Source: an uncultured Nitrososphaerales archaeon (GTDB taxonomy: Archaea; Thermoproteota; Nitrososphaeria; Nitrososphaerales; Nitrososphaeraceae). Taken from it: a DNA stretch of 64,000 nucleotides. Where the stretch lies: positions 768,001 to 832,000 of the forward strand of contig CAVQMO010000001.1 of the NCBI GenBank assembly GCA_963713605.1, in the 5' to 3' direction. This document shows positions 44,274 to 54,309 of the stretch, piece after piece; position 1 is the stretch's first letter; each line of letters opens with the position of its first letter. The position numbers and the translations under genes are program-made. Below the pieces are notes generated by a model. That model saw only the letters and a list, made by a program, of their open reading frames with translations. It ran no database searches and was not told the origin of the DNA.

Positions 44274-44929
44274 AAAACATAATTGTTTTTGTCGGTCCTA
44301 GTTTAGATACAGAAAAGGCACGAAAGGTGTTGGAAGCGGACTATAGACCTCCAGCAAAGAAAGGAGACTTGATCAGATTGGTCATGTCGTTGGACGACAA
44401 AGAGACTGTGGTAGGGCTAATAGATGGATATTTTTTGCTTGATTATCCTCCCACGCCTATTGAAGTTTATCAACTGATAGTTAGACACAATACTGTAGTG
44501 ATAGGATCATCAAGTATAGGGGCCCTAAGAGCAGTTGAGCTAGAGAAATTCGGAATGATCGGTGTGGGAAAGATATTCCAATTATTCAAGACAGGGAGAC
44601 TAGATGCGGACGACGAGGTAGCTGTGACTTTTTCTCAGGACTTGTACCACCTTCAGTCTGAAGCGATGATAGATATTCGATATAACCTATACCTATCGCT
44701 GAAGAAAGGGTTTATCGATAAGGAAACCAAATACGCTATCACTAAGGTAGCCAAGGATATCTATTTTCCATTTCGAACATACCAAAACATTGTTGAAGAA
44801 ACCATTAGGAGATATCCCATTCTGGACGATAAAGTGAGACGCTTCGAAGCCTACATTTTTAAAAATAGGAAGAGTCTAAAAGAGATGGATGCTTTGAAAC
44901 TTATTGAGTATATCAGAGATATGTTTTAG
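44270..44929 (+). CDS. tfuA: TfuA-like protein (thioamidation partner)
   Basis: VFVGPSL, RPPAKKGD, GLIDGYF, GSSSIGALRAVEL, GVGKIF, DDEVAV, SEAMIDIR; ATGA overlap with ycaO stop. Confidence 0.92.
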   Translation: MKNIIVFVGPSLDTEKARKVLEADYRPPAKKGDLIRLVMSLDDKETVVGLIDGYFLLDYPPTPIEVYQLIVRHNTVVIGSSSIGALRAVELEKFGMIGVGKIFQLFKTGRLDADDEVAVTFSQDLYHLQSEAMIDIRYNLYLSLKKGFIDKETKYAITKVAKDIYFPFRTYQNIVEETIRRYPILDDKVRRFEAYIFKNRKSLKEMDALKLIEYIRDMF

Positions 44930-45074
44930 AAATGTTCAGATTAGAATTCTAATGACAGGACAAAAGGAAAACTTTCAAAGCCCACACGGAATGGTTTAAT
45001 TTTGTATGAATACATACTGCGGATTAGTCAGAAAGAAAGTACGTCTATATTCGTAGTCTAAATTATTGGTAAAT

Positions 45075-46263
45075 ATGCAGTCCATTGAACCTATAGCTCT
45101 TTCTATATTAGGTTTTATCATGTTCTCAGTCCTGCTCACTTGGGTACGCTTGTTAATGTATTGCAAAAGGTCATTGAAATATTCGCCGAAACTCGAAGAG
45201 GTCAGAACGCTCGACCCTAATCTTACACCTCGAGTCAGCATAATTGTACCTGCGTTGAATGAAGAAAAATACATAGGCAGGTGCTTACAAAGCCTTCTAG
45301 CTCAGGACTATCATAATCTTGAGATAATATCCATAGATGATGGTTCAATAGACAGTACTCTTCTGACGATGAAGTCAGTAGCATCAACAGACCAAAGACT
45401 TCGCGTAGTTGAAGCTGGGCAGAGGCCGGGCGGCTGGGTAGGGAAAAATTGGGCCTGCTTTATAGGCTATAACAATTCGACAGGAGACATTCTTATCTTT
45501 ACTGATGCGGATACTGTTCACTCCAAAAAGACTGTTACCTTAGCAGTAAACCATATGTTGCAAGAGAACCTCTCCGCGATTACGGCTATTCCAAAACTGT
45601 TGTCTGATGATTTCCTAACTAGCGTCACATTGCCCCTCCTCTCGGTTTTTTTGCAGACCAGGTTTTCTCCTCTGAAAGTAAACGATCCTGCAAACAAGTT
45701 GGGGTATTTTTTTGGAAGTTTCTTTGCTATTATTCGAGGCCACTATGAATCTATTGGGACTCACAGGGAAGTTCATACAGAAATAATTGAAGATGGAGCA
45801 ATTGGGTCGCTTGTAAAAAAAAAGAGGGATAAGGATGAAAATGTTTAGAGGAGAAAACTGCGTTGATGCATTGTGGGCGAGGGACAGACAAGGATTATGG
45901 AATGGGCTGTTACGACTCTTGATTCCTATGCACAGAGAACAGGGTAAGAAGACAGTTCCAATGGTGATTGCAATTGCCTTCCTAATGTTATTTCCATTCA
46001 TGGCTTTACCAGGAGGAATTTATTTTGCAAACCTGTTAGATTCAAGCTTTCTAGGCATTTTTCTTGCCGGCGCTGCACTGATTACTTTGTGCATTATGAT
46101 GATGACAACTATCCTTATCCTTTCTCAATCGATTAAGACTAGCAGGAAGTTGGCTCTCGGGTCACCGATAGGAGCAACCGTCATAACATTGTCCTTTGTT
46201 ATTTCCCTGCTCAGAGCCCACAAGCCTCGGTCCTTCGCCTGGAAAGGAAGAACGTACGTGTAG
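45075..46263 (+). CDS. Membrane GT2 glycosyltransferase (HpnB/CrtQ-like; frameshift in A8 run near 45820)
   Basis: VSIIVPALNEE, DDGSID, GWVGKNWAC, FTDAD, IIEDG, C-terminal TMs and WKGRTY. Confidence 0.88.
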
Positions 46264-46318
46264 AACTGAATTAAGAATAGTGTTTATTAGTCAAGGCGTA
46301 ACAGATAACGATGCATTG

Positions 46319-47506
46319 ATGCGATGTGATAACGGTCTGGAGCAAGTATCCAAAGTAATGGATGAAATAAAGCATTCTACTTATAATCTTGATAGTGAAC
46401 AGGCTCTATCGTTATTTCGTAGTGCTAGGTTAGAACAACTAATTGAGTGTTCTTCATATCTGCGCAATAAATTCAAGCCTTCAATCTTGACTTATTCTAG
46501 AAAGGTCTTTGTAAATCTTGTAAATCTGTGTCGCGATACATGTACTTATTGTACCTACAAAAAGGAGCCTGGGGACACAACAATTTCAATGCTAGATCCC
46601 GACAAAGTCTTGGCTATAGTAGAGTTTGCAAAGCGACTGAGATGTACCGAGGCCTTAATAGTCACAGGGGAGAGACCAGAAAATCGATACCCCGAAGTAC
46701 GAAGTTGGCTTCGAAAGATGGGATTCTCTACACTGTCTGAGTACGTAGGTGAAATATGTGAAATGATTATCAAGAAAACGGGATTATTGCCTCACACGAA
46801 TGCTGGCAGCCTCTCCAAAAAAGAGTTACTCACTCTACGGGAAAGCAATGCTAGTATGGGGTTAATGTTGGAATCCTCAAGTGTTAGATTATCTGGTCGA
46901 GGGATGCCTCACGAAAGGGCACCAAGCAAACATCCTAGAGTAAGAATAAAATCGCTGACTTCATGTGGTGAGTTAAATATCCCAACTACAACGGGACTAC
47001 TCATAGGTATAGGGGAGACACCTGAGGAAATCGTTGAATCACTATTTCTTATTAAATCGCTACACGAGTCTTTCGGGCATGTACAGGAAGTAATTATGCA
47101 GAACTTTTCACCGAAGGATGGAACGTCAATGTCTGATTATCCGGCCCCATCAAAGGAATATTTCATGAGAGCAGTAGCGGTAGCCCGGATTTTGATGCCT
47201 AATATGAACATTCAGGTGCCGCCAAACCTCAACGAATCCCTGGAAGACTATATTAGCGTGGGTATTAATGACTGGGGTGGAATATCGCCTGTTACCATCG
47301 ATTACGTCAATCCAGAACACCCTTGGCCCCCCATAGAACATGTAAATCGAGTGACTTCCCGGAAAGGATTTCTATTAAGAGCCCGACTGCCGGTATATCC
47401 AGAGTTTTTGAAAAATGGTCGGTCTTATATTTCTCACCGTGTTCGTCCTTCAATTGAAGCACTCTCAGACGACGAAGGTTTGGTAAAGGAGTCATACTTG
47501 TTTTGA
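46319..47506 (+). CDS. cofG: FO synthase subunit CofG (radical SAM)
   Basis: TYSRKVFVNLVNLCRDTCTYC, LPHTNAG, QVPPNL, NDWGGISP, RLPVYP. Confidence 0.95.
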   Translation: MRCDNGLEQVSKVMDEIKHSTYNLDSEQALSLFRSARLEQLIECSSYLRNKFKPSILTYSRKVFVNLVNLCRDTCTYCTYKKEPGDTTISMLDPDKVLAIVEFAKRLRCTEALIVTGERPENRYPEVRSWLRKMGFSTLSEYVGEICEMIIKKTGLLPHTNAGSLSKKELLTLRESNASMGLMLESSSVRLSGRGMPHERAPSKHPRVRIKSLTSCGELNIPTTTGLLIGIGETPEEIVESLFLIKSLHESFGHVQEVIMQNFSPKDGTSMSDYPAPSKEYFMRAVAVARILMPNMNIQVPPNLNESLEDYISVGINDWGGISPVTIDYVNPEHPWPPIEHVNRVTSRKGFLLRARLPVYPEFLKNGRSYISHRVRPSIEALSDDEGLVKESYLF

Positions 47507-48765
47507 ATCTAGAAAGCATTCTCAAGACGGTCGACCCTCTTGTTTCAGAAGCTTTGAATTTAGCAATTGATGAAAAGGAAATAACTGTCAAGCAGGCAGT
47601 AGAATTGTTCGATACGAGTGGGATCGAAATGAACTTATTGACTTCGGTTGGAGATGAGCTGCGAAGAAGAGCATGTGGAAACGTTGTCACGTATGTTATC
47701 AACAGAAACGTCAATTTCACTAATGTGTGTATAAAGAGGTGTGGCTTTTGCGCATTTAGCCGTGATTTCAGACAGGAGGAAGGTTACTTCTTGCCTATCG
47801 AGGAAGTAGTTCGACGTGCAGTAGAAGCCCATCGGTTGGGTGCCACTGAGATCTGCATACAGGCAGGTCTACCCCCAAATATGGACGGTTCCCTTTATCC
47901 TGATATCTGTAAAGCGATTAAGCACGAAATACCGGAGATCCACATTCATGGGTTCTCCCCTGAAGAAGTGTTGTACGGAGCCAAGATGAGCAACAATAGC
48001 ATTAGGGATTTCTTATCTTGGCTCAAAGAGTCCGGTGTAGGAAGTCTACCAGGAACTTCCGCAGAGATACTAGATCAAGAGGTTAGAGACCTAATATCTC
48101 CAGGTCGAATATCTGTTAATGAATGGATAGATGTTATAAAGACAGCTCATAGTTTAGGTATTCCAACTACCTCAACTATAATGTACGGACATGTAGAGTC
48201 GAATTTCCACAAGGCTAACCACATCGACATTTTACGTAAGATCCAGAAGGAAACTGGTGGCATAACTGAGTTCGTCCCTCTCAGTTTCGTATACCAAGAA
48301 GCCCCTATGCACAGCCGGAGTACATTAGAAAATATGCGTGAGGCAGGAGCGGGGGCAATGGATATCGTAAAAATGTACTCCGTTTCTAGGTTGATGCTCC
48401 ATAACTATGTGAAGAATATACAGGTTTCGTGGGTAAAAGAAGGCTCCAAGATGTCTCAATTTCTTTTATGTGCTGGGGCAAACGATTTTGGTGGTACACT
48501 TATCAATGAAAGTATATCTACAGCCGCTGGTTCAATTCACGGTCAGCTCATGAGACCCAATGAAATAAGAGCCCAAATCAAAGGTTTGGGACGGATCCCT
48601 GCTCAACGCAATACATTATACGAGATCTTACGAATAAATTCAGGAGCCGACGAGGAATGCCAGACCGAACTTGATCATGTAAACCCCAATAATTTTGGCT
48701 CCTATGGAGAGCTTATCAAGCTTGACAAGTACAAGTATCAACATTCTTTACGGCATCATAATTAG
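47503..48765 (+). CDS. cofH: FO synthase subunit CofH (radical SAM)
   Basis: VTYVINRNVNFTNVCIKRCGFCAF, PGTSAEIL, NIQVSWVK, NDFGGTLINESIS. Confidence 0.95.
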   Translation: MNLESILKTVDPLVSEALNLAIDEKEITVKQAVELFDTSGIEMNLLTSVGDELRRRACGNVVTYVINRNVNFTNVCIKRCGFCAFSRDFRQEEGYFLPIEEVVRRAVEAHRLGATEICIQAGLPPNMDGSLYPDICKAIKHEIPEIHIHGFSPEEVLYGAKMSNNSIRDFLSWLKESGVGSLPGTSAEILDQEVRDLISPGRISVNEWIDVIKTAHSLGIPTTSTIMYGHVESNFHKANHIDILRKIQKETGGITEFVPLSFVYQEAPMHSRSTLENMREAGAGAMDIVKMYSVSRLMLHNYVKNIQVSWVKEGSKMSQFLLCAGANDFGGTLINESISTAAGSIHGQLMRPNEIRAQIKGLGRIPAQRNTLYEILRINSGADEECQTELDHVNPNNFGSYGELIKLDKYKYQHSLRHHN

Positions 48766-49007
48766 CTGAGGTTTGCTTTTTCCATAATCAGCATGGTAAG
48801 AGTAGATTTAACTCCATTCATCCGTCTGATTTTCAAGCTGATGAAGTCCTTTAGTCCTTCCATTGATTCCGCTTCTACCTTTAGCATAATATCATATACT
48901 CCGTAGATCGCGTAGGCCTCCTTAACTCCGGGTAGTTTTTTCATCTCCTCGGCCAACGGACCTTCATACCCTAATTCTGCATTCAGCAATACAAAAGCTC
49001 TTGGCAT
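48762..49007 (-). CDS. Lrp/AsnC ligand-binding (RAM) domain stand-alone protein
   Basis: AFVLLN..G, GVKEAYAIYGVYDI, GVKSTLT. Confidence 0.9.
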   Translation of the reverse strand: MPRAFVLLNAELGYEGPLAEEMKKLPGVKEAYAIYGVYDIMLKVEAESMEGLKDFISLKIRRMNGVKSTLTMLIMEKANLS

Positions 49008-49131
49008 TATCCACACGTTGGCTGTGATTATACTTTAATCTAACTGTTGACCTCGATTGACCTTCATTTGCAGAAAGCCTTGAGAGGCCTAAATTGGCTT
49101 TTGTTTCGGCTATGATCGGTAACGTTTAAGA

Positions 49132-50919
49132 GTGATACAAAAACCTTTAGGAAAGCAGATGGAGACGCAATTCAACCTGGCCCGCCTTAAATGGCAAACA
49201 TTGCAACATAATGGAATTGCATTTCCTCCAGAATTCAAACCGAGGGGCATCACTATTAGCATTCTTGGAGAGCAATATCTGTTGAATGCTGCCCAAGAAG
49301 AATTGATCTATGCCTGGTCCAAGAAGAAGGATACTCATTACGTCCATGATAAAGTGTTCGAATCAAATTTCATGATTGATCTCAGAAGTGTACTTCCTCC
49401 TAAGTTCGGATCCGTCAATAAAATCTCCGAATTAGATCTGTCGAATGCCTACCGCCTGGTAGAAGAAGAAAACAGATTGAAGGAAGAAGAAAAGGAGCGG
49501 ATTAGAAATCTACCCCGAGATGAAAGAAGGCTTATATCTCAATCCAAGAAAAATGAGCGAGAACGACTTCGATCGATTTATGGTTTGGCGACTGTTGATG
49601 GTGTGACAGTTGAAATAGCAAATTGGCTGGTGGAACCTCCGGGCCTATTCATGGGAAGAGGACAACATCCACTGCGAGGCCGATGGAAACCCAGGGTACA
49701 GTCGCAAGATGTAATTCTGAACATGGGTGAAAGCGCAGAAGTACCGGAAGGAAACTGGAAGGCAGTTGTTAATGATCATACCTCCACCTGGCTCGCGACA
49801 TGGATGGAAAAATTGACTGGCAAAAGAAAGTATATGTGGCTTCATGATTCATCCACCCTTCGTCAGAACAGTGATAAGGAAAAATACGATAGGGCTAATA
49901 TACTCGGGAAACATATCGACAAAGTTCACGAAAGGATAGTGACCAAGATGATTAATTCTAAAGATCTGAGCCAGAAGAAGTTATCCACTGTCTGCTATTT
50001 AATTAGTAAGCTCGCGATGAGAGTGGGAGATGAAAAAGATCCGGACGAGGCAGACACAGTAGGCGCGTCGACGTTACGGGTGGAGCATATTCGATTTCCA
50101 ATTCATCAAGGAGTAAAGAATATAGAGTTCAATTTTCTCGGAAAAGATAGCGTCCCATGGCAAAAAAGTTTGGAAATTAATTCGCAAGACACAGAAGCAC
50201 TATATATGAACATGGAATTATTTATGAAGGACAAGAAACTTACGGAGCAGATTTTCGATGGTATTACCTCTGCGAAGGTAAATTCATTTCTTAGAAAGAT
50301 TGATAAAAACAAAGTTCCCGGTTTGACTGCTAAGGTTTTCCGAACTTTCATAGCGACCCAAATTGTTAAGGAGGCTTTAGCTCATCCTCCAATCAAAGTA
50401 AATGAGGAGTCTTCAGAAATGGAAAAAGTATACGTCGCCAAAAAGGCGAATCTTGTAGCGGCTATTACCTGTAATCATAAAAAGGGAATTGATGCAAACA
50501 ATCCTACTAGCAAGCAAAGCCTTGAAAGGTTTCAAAAATCAGTGGAAAAGAAGGAAGAAGTTATTAGAAAAATTGAGAACGATATCGCCTCTCGTAAATG
50601 GAAGACAGATCTACAAAAGAAGAGATTGATGGATAGATTGGAAAAGGTCCAAATAACGTTGCGTCTGCAAAAGGAAACTCGTGATTATAACCTCGGGACT
50701 TCACTTCGAAACTATATAGACCCTCGTGTCTTGAAATCATGGATGAACTACGTAGATCTTGATGGGAAACGGCTCTTTACAGCAACTTTGCAACGCAAGT
50801 TTAGATGGGTTGAGACATATTCTAATGCCGAGCTGCGACAATTTCTTCCTGAAGTCGAGAAAACTGGACGCCAAAAATCTGAGGCGGTAATTCAAGAGGA
50901 AAGTCTGGCTAAAAGTTAA
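49132..50919 (+). CDS. DNA topoisomerase IB (eukaryote-like)
   Basis: KWQTLQHNG, EPPGLFMGRGQHP, MRVGDEKD, GKDS, AKVFRT, CNH, SLRNYIDPR (catalytic Tyr). Confidence 0.96.
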   Translation: MIQKPLGKQMETQFNLARLKWQTLQHNGIAFPPEFKPRGITISILGEQYLLNAAQEELIYAWSKKKDTHYVHDKVFESNFMIDLRSVLPPKFGSVNKISELDLSNAYRLVEEENRLKEEEKERIRNLPRDERRLISQSKKNERERLRSIYGLATVDGVTVEIANWLVEPPGLFMGRGQHPLRGRWKPRVQSQDVILNMGESAEVPEGNWKAVVNDHTSTWLATWMEKLTGKRKYMWLHDSSTLRQNSDKEKYDRANILGKHIDKVHERIVTKMINSKDLSQKKLSTVCYLISKLAMRVGDEKDPDEADTVGASTLRVEHIRFPIHQGVKNIEFNFLGKDSVPWQKSLEINSQDTEALYMNMELFMKDKKLTEQIFDGITSAKVNSFLRKIDKNKVPGLTAKVFRTFIATQIVKEALAHPPIKVNEESSEMEKVYVAKKANLVAAITCNHKKGIDANNPTSKQSLERFQKSVEKKEEVIRKIENDIASRKWKTDLQKKRLMDRLEKVQITLRLQKETRDYNLGTSLRNYIDPRVLKSWMNYVDLDGKRLFTATLQRKFRWVETYSNAELRQFLPEVEKTGRQKSEAVIQEESLAKS

Positions 50920-51086
50920 AAGCCTTTCGATATGCATTTTCACTGAAGTGCACAAGACCCTTTAACTTGAATGTTCAAGAACAACAATCCTAGTTCGCTA
51001 CCTTGAATTTTTCAAAATTTCAACATCCTTTCTGTGTTATTAAAATCATGCACCAAGTATAAATATTTGATCTCTTATTTTAGAAC

Positions 51087-51599
51087 ATGAATGAAAATTC
51101 AGCTGAACCTACGAGTATGTCCTTTTTGCTAATGTCCCCTGCCAGAAAACTCGCGGATTCGAATGTAGCAATGGCTGACTACAATGACTCTGCTGATAGG
51201 GCCATAAGGTTGATGAAAGATAAACAGACAAAGTGTGTATTGCTTTCCAGAGGGGGTGCGGCAATCGGAATCGTGACTAAGACAGATATTCTTTACAAGG
51301 TACTATCCCAAGGGAAGAATCCATCAAAGGTACGGCTTGAAGAAATTATGACTAGTCCTATATTAGCAGTGGACCCCGATTCCACCGTGCAGGAGGCATT
51401 GTCTATAATGGATAAACACGCTATTCGTCAAATCGTCGTCAGCACAAATTCATCTGTCCTGGGTATCATTTCAAGGGACGATCTATTTGAGAGAGAGCAA
51501 CTTGCAACAACGTCATCTGAAGAATCTGCTATACAAGGTACACCAGTCTGTATCATAAACCCAGAAGCTATTCTATTTAGCAAAGATAGTGAAGCCTAG
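51087..51599 (+). CDS. CBS-domain protein
   Basis: Two CBS repeats (GIVTKTDI, IMTSP, GIISRDD). Confidence 0.88.
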   Translation: MNENSAEPTSMSFLLMSPARKLADSNVAMADYNDSADRAIRLMKDKQTKCVLLSRGGAAIGIVTKTDILYKVLSQGKNPSKVRLEEIMTSPILAVDPDSTVQEALSIMDKHAIRQIVVSTNSSVLGIISRDDLFEREQLATTSSEESAIQGTPVCIINPEAILFSKDSEA

Positions 51600-51807
51600 A
51601 GGGATTTTTCCAAATTTCCTCAGCTTGGCGGAAATAGTCTCCACCTTATGACACTAGAGGAATCCAGATGAAATACAGATCAGTGTAACTCGGATTCCTA
51701 AAGTAGATCGGCGTATAGTGCTTGAAAAGTCGGAATAAGGTCCATAAGTCGTGCGGAGATATCTTTATTAAAGTAGGCCATCAATTGCTGAACGCAAAGC
51801 TGAGCTT

Positions 51808-51882
51808 GCCGGGGTAGCTCAGCTTGGTCAGAGCGTTCGACTCATAATCGAAAGGTCGCGGGCTCAAGTCCCGCCTCCGGCA
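51808..51882 (+). tRNA. tRNA-Met(CAT), elongator type, intron-less
   Basis: GCCGGGG/CTCCGGC acceptor, GCTC/GAGC D-stem, TTCGA-CTCATAA-TCGAA anticodon arm, GCGGG/CCCGC T-stem. Confidence 0.92.
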
Positions 51883-52273
51883 CATTCTTAAAATTTCTTA
51901 TCATTCATAAGTTAAAATTATCATTCATAATTTGGCCACCCGACTAAAACTAAAATGCTTCATAAGTAAAATTGGGCAGCAGTGATACATGAAAATCGTG
52001 ACAAAGTAATTGGGATTTGCCCCTGAACGTGTTTGAATTTAAAGTGATGGCAAGGACTAATGAATTTGACGAGATAGATTGCTGTAACCCCCCGATTTTT
52101 AACCTAGTCAAATATCATTCGATAAGGAGGAGCCTATTTACTCTTGAAAGATTTTAATCATATACTGACCCAAATAAAGAACTGGTGCTTCAACTCTGAA
52201 TTGAACAGCAAGAACAATGACAGCGACGTAAGAGATGACGTAAACGCCATCAGTTATTTGAGTAGTATGTGAC

Positions 52274-52612
52274 ATGACAACAAATCCTGATTTTTATCGG
52301 ACTTTGAAGGTATCCAAGACATTTGAGGTTAGCAGACCCCACGACATAACTAATATCGTGACTCAGTTGGCAGACTTTGTTGAAAAGAGTGGTTCTATGG
52401 ACAATTTGAGCGTAAGAATACTTCTGCCAAGAGAGGCTGGGGTTGGTACGCGCGCGCAGAAATGGGGAGCATCTCTTCGATCTGGGTTGATTTTAGCCCT
52501 GAAGAGAAAAAGAATAGGCCTTAATCTAAGAGAAGTGAGGTATGTTCACGATGAATACCACTATGGATGGATATTGATTGAGCCCAGCATACTCGATAAT
52601 TTATCTGAATAA
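52274..52612 (+). CDS. Hypothetical protein
   Basis: 112-aa ORF with normal composition; no recognised motif. Confidence 0.7.
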   Translation: MTTNPDFYRTLKVSKTFEVSRPHDITNIVTQLADFVEKSGSMDNLSVRILLPREAGVGTRAQKWGASLRSGLILALKRKRIGLNLREVRYVHDEYHYGWILIEPSILDNLSE

Positions 52613-52668
52613 TAATAATAAAGATATTGAAATGTGAGAAATTTGATTAGGAAGGTTGATGCACAAAG

Positions 52669-52772
52669 GGCCTTCGGAGGGATTTGAACCCTCCTCAAGC
52701 GGTTTCTGCCTTAAGCGATTACTGTATCTAGTCCACAGCCGCCTATACTGACCAGGCTATACTACGAAGGCC
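52669..52772 (-). tRNA. tRNA-His(GTG) with 29-nt canonical intron (37/38; 52704..52732) and encoded G-1
   Basis: Minus strand G-GCCTTCG...GGCGG-CTGTGG[intron]A-CCGCT...GAGGG-TTCAAAT-CCCTC-CGAAGGC-C; BHB CTGT/GCAG with GGA and AAA bulges. Confidence 0.93.
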
Positions 52773-53075
52773 ACTTTATATCATGTGCAATTATAGTGGT
52801 ATATATAATTAAGTTGAGGTTTCTGATAAGTAGAGATTTTCTTTATCTCGTCACTTTTGGATTCGGAAGAAGTGATCCTCACTTACAGTAAATGATTTGT
52901 ATTAGTACGGCCTTTCCTCTAAATTTTTGCAAAATGTGTAAAATTATAAACATGTACAATCTATCATATTTGCCACAAAACTTGGTAAGAAATGTTCTTT
53001 TGAATTGATTCTCAGGATTCGACGTCTTCGATTTAAAGACTTAAATCTCGATGAATAGTCTTGATCGCACTTAGC

Positions 53076-54107
53076 ATGAGCTGCTCAGGAGAGTACACTT
53101 CCCACTCCTCAGGTAATAACCTAATCCAGATCGATACAAACGCGAAATCTAAATTACTGAACGCAAAGTATGGTGTATACAACCATTCAGCAGTGGAACT
53201 ATGTCACTGGACTAAAAAATCTTTTGCCCACGAGGGAGATTGTTATAAACGAAAATTTTACGGAATTTCGACTCATAGATGCATGGAAATGACTCCCACA
53301 GCACTAAACTGCGAAAATCGATGCGTCTATTGCTGGCGACCTACTGAATTTTATGATACTCTCATGATGCCGGAAGACCTAGTGGATGAACCAGATGCAA
53401 TTGTAAATAATCTGATTGAAGAACGCAGAAGACTTTTGACGGGATTCTATGGTCATAAGAAGTATGACAAGAATAGACTAGACGAAGCGTTATTTCCCCA
53501 ACATTATGCAATCTCACTTTCTGGAGAACCCACAATGTACCCAAAATTGCCTGCACTAATCAGGTATCTTAGGAAACTACAAGCGACTAAATCGATATTT
53601 TTGGTTACTAACGGACAAGAACCTCGAATGTTGGATCGACTAGCAGCAGAAGACTCTCTTCCTACCCAGCTGTACTTGTCTACGAACGCTACGAACAGGC
53701 CTGGTTTTATTAGGATAAATAGACCAAGGCATCCTGATGCATGGGAAAGGTGGCTGACAAGTTTGCAGTTTCTTGCTAGGTGTGAAACGAGAACCGTAAT
53801 TAGAATTACCCTTGTTAGAAGTCACAATTTTAATCATGAAACAATAGCGCAGTTTTCTAAACTAATTCCTGAGGCAAATCCCCATTTTATCGAGATAAAA
53901 TCATATATGCATGTAGGCATGTCAACACAGCGATTGGAGAGGGAAAATATGCTCGAAATGGAAGAGGTTAGGGAATTTTCTGAAAAACTTTGCGAAAAGC
54001 TTCCAGGATTCAATGAGATGGACGAGAGTGAGATTTCTAGAATAGTAGTCTTGCAGAACAAGAACAGATACACTGACAGGTTCATCTCGTCGTACTTGCA
54101 TCAATGA
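53076..54107 (+). CDS. taw1: tRNA 4-demethylwyosine synthase (radical SAM)
   Basis: HSAVELCHWTK, CYKRKFYGISTHRC, CENRCVYCWR, AISLSGEP. Confidence 0.95.
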   Translation: MSCSGEYTSHSSGNNLIQIDTNAKSKLLNAKYGVYNHSAVELCHWTKKSFAHEGDCYKRKFYGISTHRCMEMTPTALNCENRCVYCWRPTEFYDTLMMPEDLVDEPDAIVNNLIEERRRLLTGFYGHKKYDKNRLDEALFPQHYAISLSGEPTMYPKLPALIRYLRKLQATKSIFLVTNGQEPRMLDRLAAEDSLPTQLYLSTNATNRPGFIRINRPRHPDAWERWLTSLQFLARCETRTVIRITLVRSHNFNHETIAQFSKLIPEANPHFIEIKSYMHVGMSTQRLERENMLEMEEVREFSEKLCEKLPGFNEMDESEISRIVVLQNKNRYTDRFISSYLHQ

Positions 54108-54309
54108 TGGAATAAATAAGGTTAATAGAAGCCCTACCAACTTTACGGAATTGCTTGTCCTTGCTCGCCGCCAAGGACTCGCCTTCAAGAAATTGAAGGC
54201 ACAAAATAATCAAGGAACAAAATGGTCAAGTTATTTTTGTTCTCTGCCAAAATCCGATTACATTTAGTTTTTTTATATGCCCCTCTAAATTGCTAGTAAG
54301 GTCCGCTAA

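Noticed and set aside
45075..48765. GT2, cofG and cofH as tailoring enzymes of the YcaO-TfuA cluster
   Set aside because: CofG and CofH have clear F420 (FO synthase) signatures, and the GT2 is a membrane lipid-type enzyme separated by its own spacer; the adjacency is probably incidental.
51898..51930. TTATCATTCATAA x2 downstream of tRNA-Met
   Set aside because: AT-rich, low-complexity short duplication; not an att site or array.
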